A DNA stretch of 32,000 bases, taken from positions 1 through 32,000 of the forward strand of contig CALXHG010000020.1 of NCBI GenBank assembly GCA_944388045.1. The letters run 5' to 3'. The notes under the pieces were generated by a model. That model saw only the letters and a program-made list of their open reading frames with translations, was not told where the DNA came from and ran no database searches. Below, piece after piece: positions 6,867-15,420 of the stretch. Numbering within the stretch: the stretch's first letter is position 1; every line of letters begins with the position of its first letter. Origin of the DNA: an uncultured Clostridia bacterium. Its GTDB lineage: Bacteria > Bacillota > Clostridia > TANB77 > CAG-508. The position numbers and the translations under genes are program-made.

Positions 6867-9314
6867 ATGGAAGAAAGACATGATGGAAATATTATAAAAA
6901 GAGATATTGAAGAAGAAATGAGAACAGCATATATTGATTATGCAATGAGTGTAATAGTTTCTAGGGCTTTACCAGATGTAAGAGATGGTTTAAAGCCTGT
7001 ACATAGAAGAATTTTATATGCAATGCATGAAGATGGAATAACATCAGATAAACCATATAGGAAATGTGCTAATACCGTAGGTTCTGTATTAGGAAGATAT
7101 CATCCACATGGTGATGCTTCTGTATATGATGCGATGGTTAGAATGGCACAAGACTTTTCTATGAGATATATGTTAATAGATGGGCATGGTAATTTTGGAT
7201 CAATAGATGGTGATGGTGCTGCGGCAATGAGGTACACAGAAGCTAGAATGTCAAAAATAGCTGAACAAATGTTAGTTGATATTGAGAAAAATACTGTTGA
7301 TTTTATGCCAAACTATGATGATAGATTACAAGAACCAAAAGTTTTACCAACCAAAATACCAACTTTATTAATAAATGGATCATCAGGAATAGCCGTAGGA
7401 ATGGCAACAAATATTCCACCGCATAATTTAAGAGAAGTTATAGATGGTTTAGTAAAAATAATTGATGATGATAATGTTACAGATGAAGATTTAATGAAAA
7501 TTATTAAAGGTCCAGATTTCCCTACAGAAGGATTAATATTAGGTAGAGAAGGAATTAAAGAAGCATATACAACAGGTAAAGGAAAGATAACTATGAGAGC
7601 TGAAGCAGAAATAGAGGAAACAAGTGGTAATAAGCAAAGAATAATAGTGTCTTCTTTACCTTATCAGGTTAATAAAGCACGTTTAATAGAGAATATAGCT
7701 CATTTATGTAAGGAAAAAAGAATCGAAGGGATTTCTGAATTAAGAGATGAATCAGATAGAAATGATAGAGTAAGAATTGTTATAGAATTAAAAAGAGATG
7801 CTAATGCTAAAATTGTATTAAATCAATTGTATAAAAATACACAAATGCAAGATACATTTGGAGTAATAATGTTAGCACTAGTTGATAATGAACCAAAAAT
7901 TTTAACATTAAGACAGTGTCTAGATTGTTTTATTGCTCATAGAAAAGATGTAATTTTACGTAGAACTCAATTTGATTTAGATAAGGCACTTGCTAGAGCA
8001 CATATTTTAGAGGGATTAAGAATAGCAATAGATAATATAGATGAAGTTATAAATATAATACGTAATTCTTATGATGACGCAAAAGAAAAATTAATGAAAA
8101 GATTTGGTTTAACAGATGTACAAGCACAAGCTATTCTAGATATGAGATTAAAAACATTATCAGGATTGCAAAGAGAAAAAATAGAAGAAGAATACAAACA
8201 ATTAATGGAATTAATTGCACATTTAAGAGCAATTTTAGCTAGTGATAGATTAGTTTTTGATATTATCAAAGAAGAATTACTTGAAATTAGAGAAAAATTT
8301 GGAGATGATAGAAAAACAAAAATTGTTTCTGCACAAGGAGATTTTGAAGAAGAAGATTTAGTTAAAGAGGAACAATCTGTTATAACATTAACACATTTTG
8401 GATATATTAAAAGAATGCCAATAGATACATATAGAAGTCAAAAACGTGGAGGAAAAGGAATTGCAGGTGCAACAACTAGGGAAGAAGACTTTGTTAAACA
8501 AATATTTACGGCTTCAACACATGATATAATTTTATTCTTTACTAATAGGGGAAAATTATATAAACTTAAAGGATATGAAATTCCAGAAGCGGGAAGGACT
8601 GCAAAGGGTACGGCTATTGTTAATTTATTGAGTTTAGATTCAGGAGAAAAAGTTTCTGCTGTAATACCAATACAAAATTTTGCTGAAGGAAAATATTTAT
8701 TAATGGCAACAAAACAAGGGCTAATAAAGAAAACAGCTTTATCAGAATATAATTCATCAAGAACTACAGGACTATTGGGAATAACATTAAAAGAAAATGA
8801 TGAACTTATTGGTGTACGTTTAACTGATGGAGAGGATAATGTTGTATTAGTTACAAGAAATGGTTTATGTATAACATTTGATGAAAAAGAAGTTAGACCA
8901 ATAGGAAGAGTTTCACAAGGTGTTATAGGTATAAGATTAGATGATGATGATGAAGTTATAGGAATGGAATCAATTATTGCAGGAGGTAAAGCGACACTAT
9001 TAGCTATAACAGAAAACGGATTTGGAAAAAGAACAGAATTAGATGAGTATAGAGTTCAACTTAGAGGAGGAAAGGGTGTTATTACATATAAAATAACATC
9101 TAAAACAGGGAAATTAGTTGGAGTAAGAATAGCTACTGATGATGAAGATGTAATGCTTATAACAGATAAGGGTACGATAATCAGATTAAAAGTTAAGGAT
9201 ATAAGTGTTTTAGGTCGTTCTACACAAGGTGTAACTTTAATGAGAACAACAGATGGTGGAAAAGTTGTAAGTATAGAAACACTAAAACCAGATATGACAG
9301 ATTTAGATGCATAA
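6867..9314 (+). CDS. gyrA: DNA gyrase subunit A
   Basis: The N-terminal signature is YIDYAMSVIVSRALPDVRDGLKPVHRRILYAM...HPHGD..VYDAMVRMAQDF. AAMRYTEARM carries the catalytic Tyr. A GyrA-box-like QKRGGKG is followed by C-terminal beta-pinwheel repeats. I chose the start at MEERHDG (AGAGG RBS) rather than the ORF track start 6804. Confidence 0.97.
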   Translation: MEERHDGNIIKRDIEEEMRTAYIDYAMSVIVSRALPDVRDGLKPVHRRILYAMHEDGITSDKPYRKCANTVGSVLGRYHPHGDASVYDAMVRMAQDFSMRYMLIDGHGNFGSIDGDGAAAMRYTEARMSKIAEQMLVDIEKNTVDFMPNYDDRLQEPKVLPTKIPTLLINGSSGIAVGMATNIPPHNLREVIDGLVKIIDDDNVTDEDLMKIIKGPDFPTEGLILGREGIKEAYTTGKGKITMRAEAEIEETSGNKQRIIVSSLPYQVNKARLIENIAHLCKEKRIEGISELRDESDRNDRVRIVIELKRDANAKIVLNQLYKNTQMQDTFGVIMLALVDNEPKILTLRQCLDCFIAHRKDVILRRTQFDLDKALARAHILEGLRIAIDNIDEVINIIRNSYDDAKEKLMKRFGLTDVQAQAILDMRLKTLSGLQREKIEEEYKQLMELIAHLRAILASDRLVFDIIKEELLEIREKFGDDRKTKIVSAQGDFEEEDLVKEEQSVITLTHFGYIKRMPIDTYRSQKRGGKGIAGATTREEDFVKQIFTASTHDIILFFTNRGKLYKLKGYEIPEAGRTAKGTAIVNLLSLDSGEKVSAVIPIQNFAEGKYLLMATKQGLIKKTALSEYNSSRTTGLLGITLKENDELIGVRLTDGEDNVVLVTRNGLCITFDEKEVRPIGRVSQGVIGIRLDDDDEVIGMESIIAGGKATLLAITENGFGKRTELDEYRVQLRGGKGVITYKITSKTGKLVGVRIATDDEDVMLITDKGTIIRLKVKDISVLGRSTQGVTLMRTTDGGKVVSIETLKPDMTDLDA

Positions 9315-9373
9315 TTGATTATAAAATAATTAAATATTAAGTACTTAAATTTATTAAAAAATAATAAAAAAAT

Positions 9374-9422
9374 AAAAATACTATATATAGATTATATTAA
9401 ACAATCTATATATAGTATTTTT
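9374..9422. terminator. Bidirectional A/T-only hairpin terminator between convergent gyrA and dnaI-like genes
   Basis: Arms of about 19-20 bp, aaaaatactatatatagatt and aatctatatatagtattttt, around a 9-nt loop. Confidence 0.6.
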
Positions 9423-10430
9423 TTAACACATGCTTCTTTGTTTTATACGTAAATCATCGCCAAAGAAATAATAAATATCATAAAACCCAGCAATACGAGA
9501 ACCAATTCTTTCTTCATAATTATTAAATATATTATCAATATTTAAATTTGTTGAAATAATAGTTTTTGTGGATTTATTATTTAAATTTAATAATCTAGTA
9601 TTTAATATTGTAAATAATTCACTTAATTTCATACTATTTAAACATTCTGTACCTAAATCATCTATAATTAATAAATCTGTTTCAAGTACATTTTTATAGA
9701 AAGTATCTTTTGAAATATCTTTATATTTATTAAATTTATTATCAATTATAGTTTCTAATAAAACTGGAGCCGTTTGATAAAATACAGTTTTACCTCTTTT
9801 TATAAGCTCATTTGCTATACAATTAGACATAAATGTTTTTCCTAATCCAGTATTACCAATAAATAAAAGATTGCGAGTTTCTAAATTATCAAAATTGTTT
9901 ATAAAATCGATACATTTATCTTTAATATTTATTATATTTTCTCTTGGTGAAATTTGAAAATTTTCAGATATATTGTTAGAAAATAGATTTTCATTAAATT
10001 TTTGAAAATTTTCTTTTTTTAAATTTGAAATATTAGATTTATTATAAGAAATATCTAATAGTTTTTGTTTAAGACAAGAACACATGACTGTTGCAGAAGT
10101 TCCTGATTTTATATAACCAGTGTCTTTACAAATATTACATTCGTAGGTTGGTTGTAAAAATTCTTTTGAAATATGATTATTTTTTATTATTTCATTTTTT
10201 TCATTTCTTAGTTGATCTAGCTTTAAATGTAAATTTTGTAAAGAAGACATGTTCCCAAATAAAATTTTTTTAGTTTCGTTTATTGCAACAGAATTTAGTT
10301 CTTCTTCAATTTCCTTAAGTCTAGGGTGTTTTTTATATAATTCATTTTTTCTGTGTTCAAAATCTAATTCTGCTCTACGTTTCTTCTGTTCATAATCACT
10401 TAAAAGTGATGTTAGTATATCATTATACAT
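9423..10430 (-). CDS. dnaI: DnaI/DnaC-type replicative helicase loader (AAA+ ATPase with N-terminal zinc-binding module)
   Basis: Cys cluster CNICKDTGYI...MCSC, Walker A GNTGLGKTF, Walker B IIDDLGTE. It overlaps the upstream DnaD-domain gene by 8 nt. Confidence 0.75.
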   Translation of the reverse strand: MYNDILTSLLSDYEQKKRRAELDFEHRKNELYKKHPRLKEIEEELNSVAINETKKILFGNMSSLQNLHLKLDQLRNEKNEIIKNNHISKEFLQPTYECNICKDTGYIKSGTSATVMCSCLKQKLLDISYNKSNISNLKKENFQKFNENLFSNNISENFQISPRENIINIKDKCIDFINNFDNLETRNLLFIGNTGLGKTFMSNCIANELIKRGKTVFYQTAPVLLETIIDNKFNKYKDISKDTFYKNVLETDLLIIDDLGTECLNSMKLSELFTILNTRLLNLNNKSTKTIISTNLNIDNIFNNYEERIGSRIAGFYDIYYFFGDDLRIKQRSMC

Positions 10431-11499
10431 TTATATCTCCTTCCGTATTTAAGTTTTTTATATTAGATGCTGAAATATTTGGAGCCGTACTATTTTGCAT
10501 TGAATTTGAAACTATAGATTCATTAGTTTTGGGTTGCATACTAGAATTTGCATATAAAAATGATAAATTACTATATTTTCTTTGTTCAAAAGAAGCTTTA
10601 GCAACTTTTTTCTCTAATTGCTTAGTATCTTTACGTTGTTTTTCTCTTTGTTCAATAAAAGCATATACTTCTTCAGGAGTTTTTAAACCTCTTTCGTGCC
10701 AATTTGTTATTATATTATTAAAGTATTCAAAAGTAGGGTTTGACTTGTAAACACTACGCTTTAAAGCTATTTCGATTATATTTAAATTATAGCCATAATC
10801 TAAAAGCCATTTTTCTATATAAGCTTCTTCATATTGTGTTAAAGTTTGTTTTCCAAGTTTTTTTGCAATGGTTCTCTTAATTTTTACAATTGCATCTTGT
10901 TTTTGATAATATGAATCTAAATCTTCCCAAGTTTGAATTTTATTGCTTCCCCAAGCTTCTGCTACTGTTTGAACATATTTCATATTTAAAGCTGAACGTC
11001 TAAAACAGTAATCAAAAAGAGAAATTAATACTTGATCATCAAAATTATATTTTGTAATCCATAAATCTATATTATTATACCAAGAAGGTCCCATAATTCC
11101 GGAAAAATATGTATTATTAATATGTTCTATAACTTTGGCTCTAGCTTTATTTTTTGATATATCTTCAATTTTTTCTGGAGATAATGTTAAATTTGGCTTA
11201 TATAATTTATGAAGTGTTTGCTCTTGTAAATTTACTAAAATATAACCATTTTCTTTTTTTATGATAAGACCATTTTCTTCTAAATAAGAAAAAGAATCAT
11301 TTATTTCTTTTAATGGTAAAGCTAACTTTTTTGATAAATCGTTTAATTTTATATCTTTTTCATATTTTGATAAAAAAACTATATATAAATAAACTTTTAC
11401 ACAGTTTGCTGGCATTTGAGACAAATATTCTGCAAAAAAAATGTCTGGAATAGTTGTTTCAGAAAATAATAATGGTGTGTCTGATTGTGCTAATTTCAA
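10423..11499 (-). CDS. DnaD-domain replication initiation protein (B. subtilis DnaB/DnaD type)
   Basis: An N-terminal winged-helix-like region (YLYIVFLSK...) is followed by DnaD/DnaB_2-like repeats (YVQTVAEAWGSNKI; IIEIALKRSV..FEYFNNIITNWHERG). It is paired with a dnaI-like gene, as in Firmicutes. TTG start with an AAGGAGG RBS. Confidence 0.7.
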   Translation of the reverse strand: MKLAQSDTPLLFSETTIPDIFFAEYLSQMPANCVKVYLYIVFLSKYEKDIKLNDLSKKLALPLKEINDSFSYLEENGLIIKKENGYILVNLQEQTLHKLYKPNLTLSPEKIEDISKNKARAKVIEHINNTYFSGIMGPSWYNNIDLWITKYNFDDQVLISLFDYCFRRSALNMKYVQTVAEAWGSNKIQTWEDLDSYYQKQDAIVKIKRTIAKKLGKQTLTQYEEAYIEKWLLDYGYNLNIIEIALKRSVYKSNPTFEYFNNIITNWHERGLKTPEEVYAFIEQREKQRKDTKQLEKKVAKASFEQRKYSNLSFLYANSSMQPKTNESIVSNSMQNSTAPNISASNIKNLNTEGDINV

Positions 11500-11539
11500 T
11501 TTCGAAACCTCCTTTTGATATATAAAAAAGTCTAGTAAA

Positions 11540-11567
11540 ATTATATCATTTATAAGGAGAAAATCAA
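11540..11567 (-). promoter_or_regulatory. Sigma-A-type promoter for the DnaD-domain/dnaI operon
   Basis: On the minus strand: TTGATT (11567-11562), 16-nt spacer, TATAAT (11545-11540). Confidence 0.5.
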
Positions 11568-11575
11568 GTAAAAAC

Positions 11576-11860
11576 TCAAAACTTTTTATACAAATATAAC
11601 TTTGGCTTAAATAGATATTTTACTAAATAAGTTATTACTAAAAACAGAGGCTCTCCATAAAAACCAAATATACTAAAAAGAGTCATAGGTAAGCAAAAAG
11701 ATATTATAAAAAATATTTTTATATTCCAATCAGTAAAGAGTAGGTGAAAAGTAAAAAATATTACTAAATACCATATAATATTAAGAATAATTGTTGAATA
11801 ATCTAAAATACCAAATACTTTATTTTTAAAATTATAATTTTGTGGAATAATAAATTTCAT
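11576..11860 (-). CDS. VirB3/PrgI-like small membrane protein of a Gram-positive T4SS
   Basis: 94 aa with two TM helices. The N-terminus IIPQNYNFKNKVFGILDYSTII and the C-terminus GEPLFLVITYLVKYLFKPKLYLYKK resemble the PrgI-family pattern I recall. AGGAGG RBS, 20 nt after the VirB6-like gene. Confidence 0.55.
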   Translation of the reverse strand: MKFIIPQNYNFKNKVFGILDYSTIILNIIWYLVIFFTFHLLFTDWNIKIFFIISFCLPMTLFSIFGFYGEPLFLVITYLVKYLFKPKLYLYKKF

Positions 11861-11880
11861 AAAAATTAACCTCCTTTTTT

Positions 11881-12753
11881 TTATTTTTTTAAAAAGTTAT
11901 TCACATTTTGTGAAATAGTTGTGGAAATCCCACCTAAAAATTCACGTACAAACGAATTTGCTTTTATTAAAACATAAATTGCACCAATATAAATAAATTT
12001 TGTTAATAAATTACTAGAAGAATAGTCCATAGAAAATAGAATAAGTAAAACTAAAGATACAATAATTTGAATAAACAAAAGTGAAAATAAATTTCTTATC
12101 CAACTTTTAAAAAACCAAGATGTATTTTGCAATATTAAAGATAAAAAAGCAAAAGGTGTAAGTAATATAAAAATTTTTACCATCACATATCTAAAGGAAT
12201 AGGAGAAAACTAAACCTAATAAAGAGGTAGAAAGAGATGCTTTTATAAGTCCATCTAATGAGAAAATATCAAGAGATGATTCATTTATAAAAATAGAACC
12301 ATTTATTTCTAAGATTAATTCAGAAAAACAGATATTTTTATTAAAAAGTTCTTCTCCTATTCCTCTTATGGCTAAAGTTATATTAGATGTAAAATTAAGT
12401 ATTTCTGTTATAAAAAAATAGGAAAAATTAATAAATAAGCCAAAAATAATAATTTTAAAGAAAAATTGAGACGGTGATTCTATTTTATTAAATGTAAAGT
12501 GTGAAAATAAATATTTTATACTATAATATAAAGTAACACCAAATAATAAAGAATTACAAATCAATATAACACCACTTTGAGAATTTATACCTAATATTTT
12601 TTCAAAAAAAGAATCAGAAATGATATTTGAGTTAATAAAAGTGATATCATCTAAAATATTATATAAATTATTGTCAATTGAAGAAAATAAATTCTGTAAA
12701 ATAGTATTAATTGTTTCAATAATTATTGTAGTGATATTTTGACTATTTTCCAT
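11881..12753 (-). CDS. Polytopic membrane protein, VirB6/TrbL-like T4SS channel candidate
   Basis: 290 aa with multiple predicted TM segments. It sits between the VirB2-like and VirB3-like genes, 8 nt after the upstream stop, with a GGAGG RBS. Confidence 0.45.
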   Translation of the reverse strand: MENSQNITTIIIETINTILQNLFSSIDNNLYNILDDITFINSNIISDSFFEKILGINSQSGVILICNSLLFGVTLYYSIKYLFSHFTFNKIESPSQFFFKIIIFGLFINFSYFFITEILNFTSNITLAIRGIGEELFNKNICFSELILEINGSIFINESSLDIFSLDGLIKASLSTSLLGLVFSYSFRYVMVKIFILLTPFAFLSLILQNTSWFFKSWIRNLFSLLFIQIIVSLVLLILFSMDYSSSNLLTKFIYIGAIYVLIKANSFVREFLGGISTTISQNVNNFLKK

Positions 12754-12761
12754 TTAACCTC

Positions 12762-13082
12762 CTAGCCAATTAATGATTGAATTGCAGAAATAACTAAATC
12801 AGCAGCTAAAATAAAAGCATAAGAAAATAAAGAACCAGTTATAAGTTTTTTTCCAATTCTTATTTTTTCTTCATCACCAAAACTAAATTTTTTCATAAGA
12901 GCACCAGAACAGACTGCAACAGCAGCTGCTGGTGTAGATATTTTTATTATCCATTCTTTGATTTCTTCAAATGCATCACTTAATGTGCTAACTAATTTTG
13001 GAGTAGCTGCATATACAATTTGATTTGATAAAAATAAGATAATAAAAAAAATTAAAAATATATTAATTAAAAATTTAAACAT
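12762..13082 (-). CDS. Small secreted/membrane protein, VirB2/TrbC-like pilin candidate
   Basis: 106 aa with a signal-peptide-like N-terminus ending VYA-A and two hydrophobic helices (TPAAAVAVCSGALM; GSLFSYAFILAADLVISAI). AGGAGG RBS. Confidence 0.4.
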   Translation of the reverse strand: MFKFLINIFLIFFIILFLSNQIVYAATPKLVSTLSDAFEEIKEWIIKISTPAAAVAVCSGALMKKFSFGDEEKIRIGKKLITGSLFSYAFILAADLVISAIQSLIG

Positions 13083-13084
13083 AA

Positions 13085-13400
13085 AACCTCCTTGAAAATT
13101 TAATAATTAAAATAAATAATAAAATAAATAAATAAAAAATAATAAATAAAAAATAAACAATAAACAATAAAATAAACAATAAAATAAATAATTAAAAAAT
13201 AAAAATTAATAAACAAAAAATAAATAATTTAAAAAATAAAAATTAATAAATAAAAAAATAAATAAATAATAAAATAAATAAAAATTAATAAACAAAAAAT
13301 AATTAAAAAAATAAATAATTAAAAAAATAAAAAGTAATAAATAGAAAATAATAAAAATAAATAAAAAATTAAAATAGAAAAAATTAATAATAAAAGATTA
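13085..13400 (+). repeat. A-rich (plus strand), nearly G/C-free imperfect tandem-repeat tract filling the 320-nt gap between the T4CP and VirB2-like genes
   Basis: Units of about 36 bp: taaataatt(t)aaaaaataaaaattaataaa at 13185-13213 and 13221-13250. An exact 22-mer aaaattaataaacaaaaaataa occurs at 13202-13223 and 13281-13302. The 12-mer caataaaataaa is tandem near 13167-13190. Confidence 0.85.
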
Positions 13401-13402
13401 AA

Positions 13403-15124
13403 TCAATTTTTGAAATATGGAAACATTTGTAATTTAGATGGTTTTATTATATTAGTTCCATCTGATAAAAAAGCTAGGCATGTAAAGGTTTCTAAATATT
13501 GAGTAAAGAAGTTAGTATCAAAGATAAAATCGTTTTGTACATAAGTATTATAACTTTCTGTTATACTAGAATTTTTAGAATTTAATGAATTAGTAATATA
13601 ATTAAAATTAGTTTCTTTTGCATTTTCAGAAATAGTAGATGAAATTTTTTGTTTATCTTCTTTACCTAATTGTTTTTGTGCTTCTTCTATTGTAAAAATA
13701 TCATCTGTTCTAAACCAAAGTTTATTTATTAAATTTTGAGTAATTACTTTTACTGCTGTTTCGTCTTTTAATGTGTTTTTTAATGATGAATAACTTTGCG
13801 TGGAAACAATATTTATACATTTGGCTTCTCTACTTAAAGAGAAGAAGTCAGCATCACTTTTTGTAATATATTCTGAATATTCATCACAAATAAATGCAGA
13901 TGGTTTAATTTTATTATGTGATAAATTGTACATTATTTCAGATTGAAAATCTAATTTTAAATATGCTGCGATTATTTTAGAAAGATTTTTATATTCAGCA
14001 ATATTCATATTTAAAACTAATATTTTTCCTTGTTCTAACATTGAAGAAAAACCTTTAAAATTTAATGCTTCTTTTGAAGAACAAAATATTTTAGAAATTT
14101 TGTAATCTGAAACAAATATATTTGTTATACGAGTAATTTCTGATTTTAAAATTGCTAAAGTTCTTGTATCTAAATTATTAAATTCTTTTTCAAAAAATTC
14201 TAATGCTGTATTTAAATTATAAACTTGTTGATAATTAAATTTGGATTGACAAAATAAATCTTTTAGCTTTTGAATTTTTGATTTATAATATTCTGGTTCA
14301 GTAATGAGTTTTTGTAATTCTATAAATGTAACATAATTGTTATTATATAATCTACAAAGTTTAATAGCTTCGGCTAAAACTTGTTCAGCTTTATCTAGCC
14401 AAAAAGATTCAGTATTATTTTCTGAAAATAGTAATAATATTGTTTTTAATCTATTAGCAAGAACAGAAGCTTTTAGATTAGGCTTATGTAATGGATTATA
14501 TTTTATATTTGAGTTTAATCCTAATTCAATGATATCATTTTCCAAATTATATTTATCTGCATATATTTTTACCTGTTTAAAATAATTACCTTTTACATCT
14601 AAAATTAAAATAGGAATTTTATTTTTTTTATTTAGAGAATTGAATTTAATTAATTGTTCTGTAAAAGGATACATAGCTGAACTTGTTTTTCCTGTTCCTA
14701 TTGTTCCAGTAATTAAAAAATTTTGATATAATCCTGATTCAGGTAAAAATACATTTTTATTTAAATTTATATTTTTTCCAATTAATAATTCTATTTTTGA
14801 ATTATTTTTTTTAGTATAATAATTATTACTATCTTTTCTAATAATTATATTATTATTTTTCTTATATTTATTAAAATATAAAATTTTTAAAATATTTAAA
14901 AATTCTACAATTTTATTTTCTAACAAATTAAAAATAATAAAATTTGACAAAATATTAAAAAACCAAAAACTTGTTTTTAAAAATTTCCATGCAAAAAAAT
15001 TTTTTTGACAAATATCAAAAGGCTGTAAGCTTAAGGTTACAATAAGTTCATTAGCATTAAATAGTGGATAGAAAAAATGATAGATTGTAAAACTAGACAT
15101 AAAAGTATATATTAATAATCTCAA
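13403..15124 (-). CDS. Type IV coupling protein (VirD4/TraG-like T4CP)
   Basis: N-terminal TM region, Walker A ITGTIGTGKTSS, ILDVKGNY (the D-x-KGE-like motif), YNPLH, Walker B AFICDEYSEY and a Q-rich motif NIVSTQSYSSL. The TTG start is uncertain because the RBS GAGGTGA lies 18 nt upstream. Confidence 0.75.
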   Translation of the reverse strand: MRLLIYTFMSSFTIYHFFYPLFNANELIVTLSLQPFDICQKNFFAWKFLKTSFWFFNILSNFIIFNLLENKIVEFLNILKILYFNKYKKNNNIIIRKDSNNYYTKKNNSKIELLIGKNINLNKNVFLPESGLYQNFLITGTIGTGKTSSAMYPFTEQLIKFNSLNKKNKIPILILDVKGNYFKQVKIYADKYNLENDIIELGLNSNIKYNPLHKPNLKASVLANRLKTILLLFSENNTESFWLDKAEQVLAEAIKLCRLYNNNYVTFIELQKLITEPEYYKSKIQKLKDLFCQSKFNYQQVYNLNTALEFFEKEFNNLDTRTLAILKSEITRITNIFVSDYKISKIFCSSKEALNFKGFSSMLEQGKILVLNMNIAEYKNLSKIIAAYLKLDFQSEIMYNLSHNKIKPSAFICDEYSEYITKSDADFFSLSREAKCINIVSTQSYSSLKNTLKDETAVKVITQNLINKLWFRTDDIFTIEEAQKQLGKEDKQKISSTISENAKETNFNYITNSLNSKNSSITESYNTYVQNDFIFDTNFFTQYLETFTCLAFLSDGTNIIKPSKLQMFPYFKN

Positions 15125-15149
15125 AATTTTTACTATTTTTAATCACCTC

Positions 15150-15420
15150 ACTCTAGAAAATAATTAAATTAAATATAATAAAAATAAATAAAATAGAAAA
15201 ATAAATAATAAAAAAATAGAGTAAAAAACAATAAAAAATTAATAAATAACAAATAAATAATAAAAAATTAAAAATGAATAAAAAATAAAAATAAATAAAA
15301 ATAAAAAATAAATAAATAAAAATGAAAAATAATAAATATTAAAAATAATAAATAAATAATAAATATTAAAAATATAGAAAATATAATATAAATAATAATA
15401 ATAATTATTATTATTTCTTG
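15150..15420 (+). repeat. A-rich, nearly G/C-free low-complexity tract upstream of the T4CP gene, ending in an (AAT)n/(ATT)n palindrome
   Basis: Same sequence family as 4962-5140 and 13085-13400. aataaatattaaaaata is repeated at about 15331 and 15358. The palindrome aataataataataa|ttattattatt is centred at 15404/15405. Confidence 0.8.

Noticed and set aside
13085-13400. Possible CRISPR array, because of repeated units in the A-rich tracts (also 4962-5140 and 15150-15420)
   Set aside because: The repeats are imperfect and variable in period (about 12, 31, 36, 59 and 79 bp). They are not separated by unique spacers and are pure A/T. No cas genes are present.
4962-15420. Chromosomal replication origin (oriC), suggested by gyrA/DnaD-domain/dnaI plus long A/T tracts that could serve as unwinding elements
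   Set aside because: I found no cluster of DnaA boxes (TTATCCACA or its complement). Only isolated near-matches occur inside coding sequence (for example around 6296 and 12100). No dnaA or dnaN gene is in the window.
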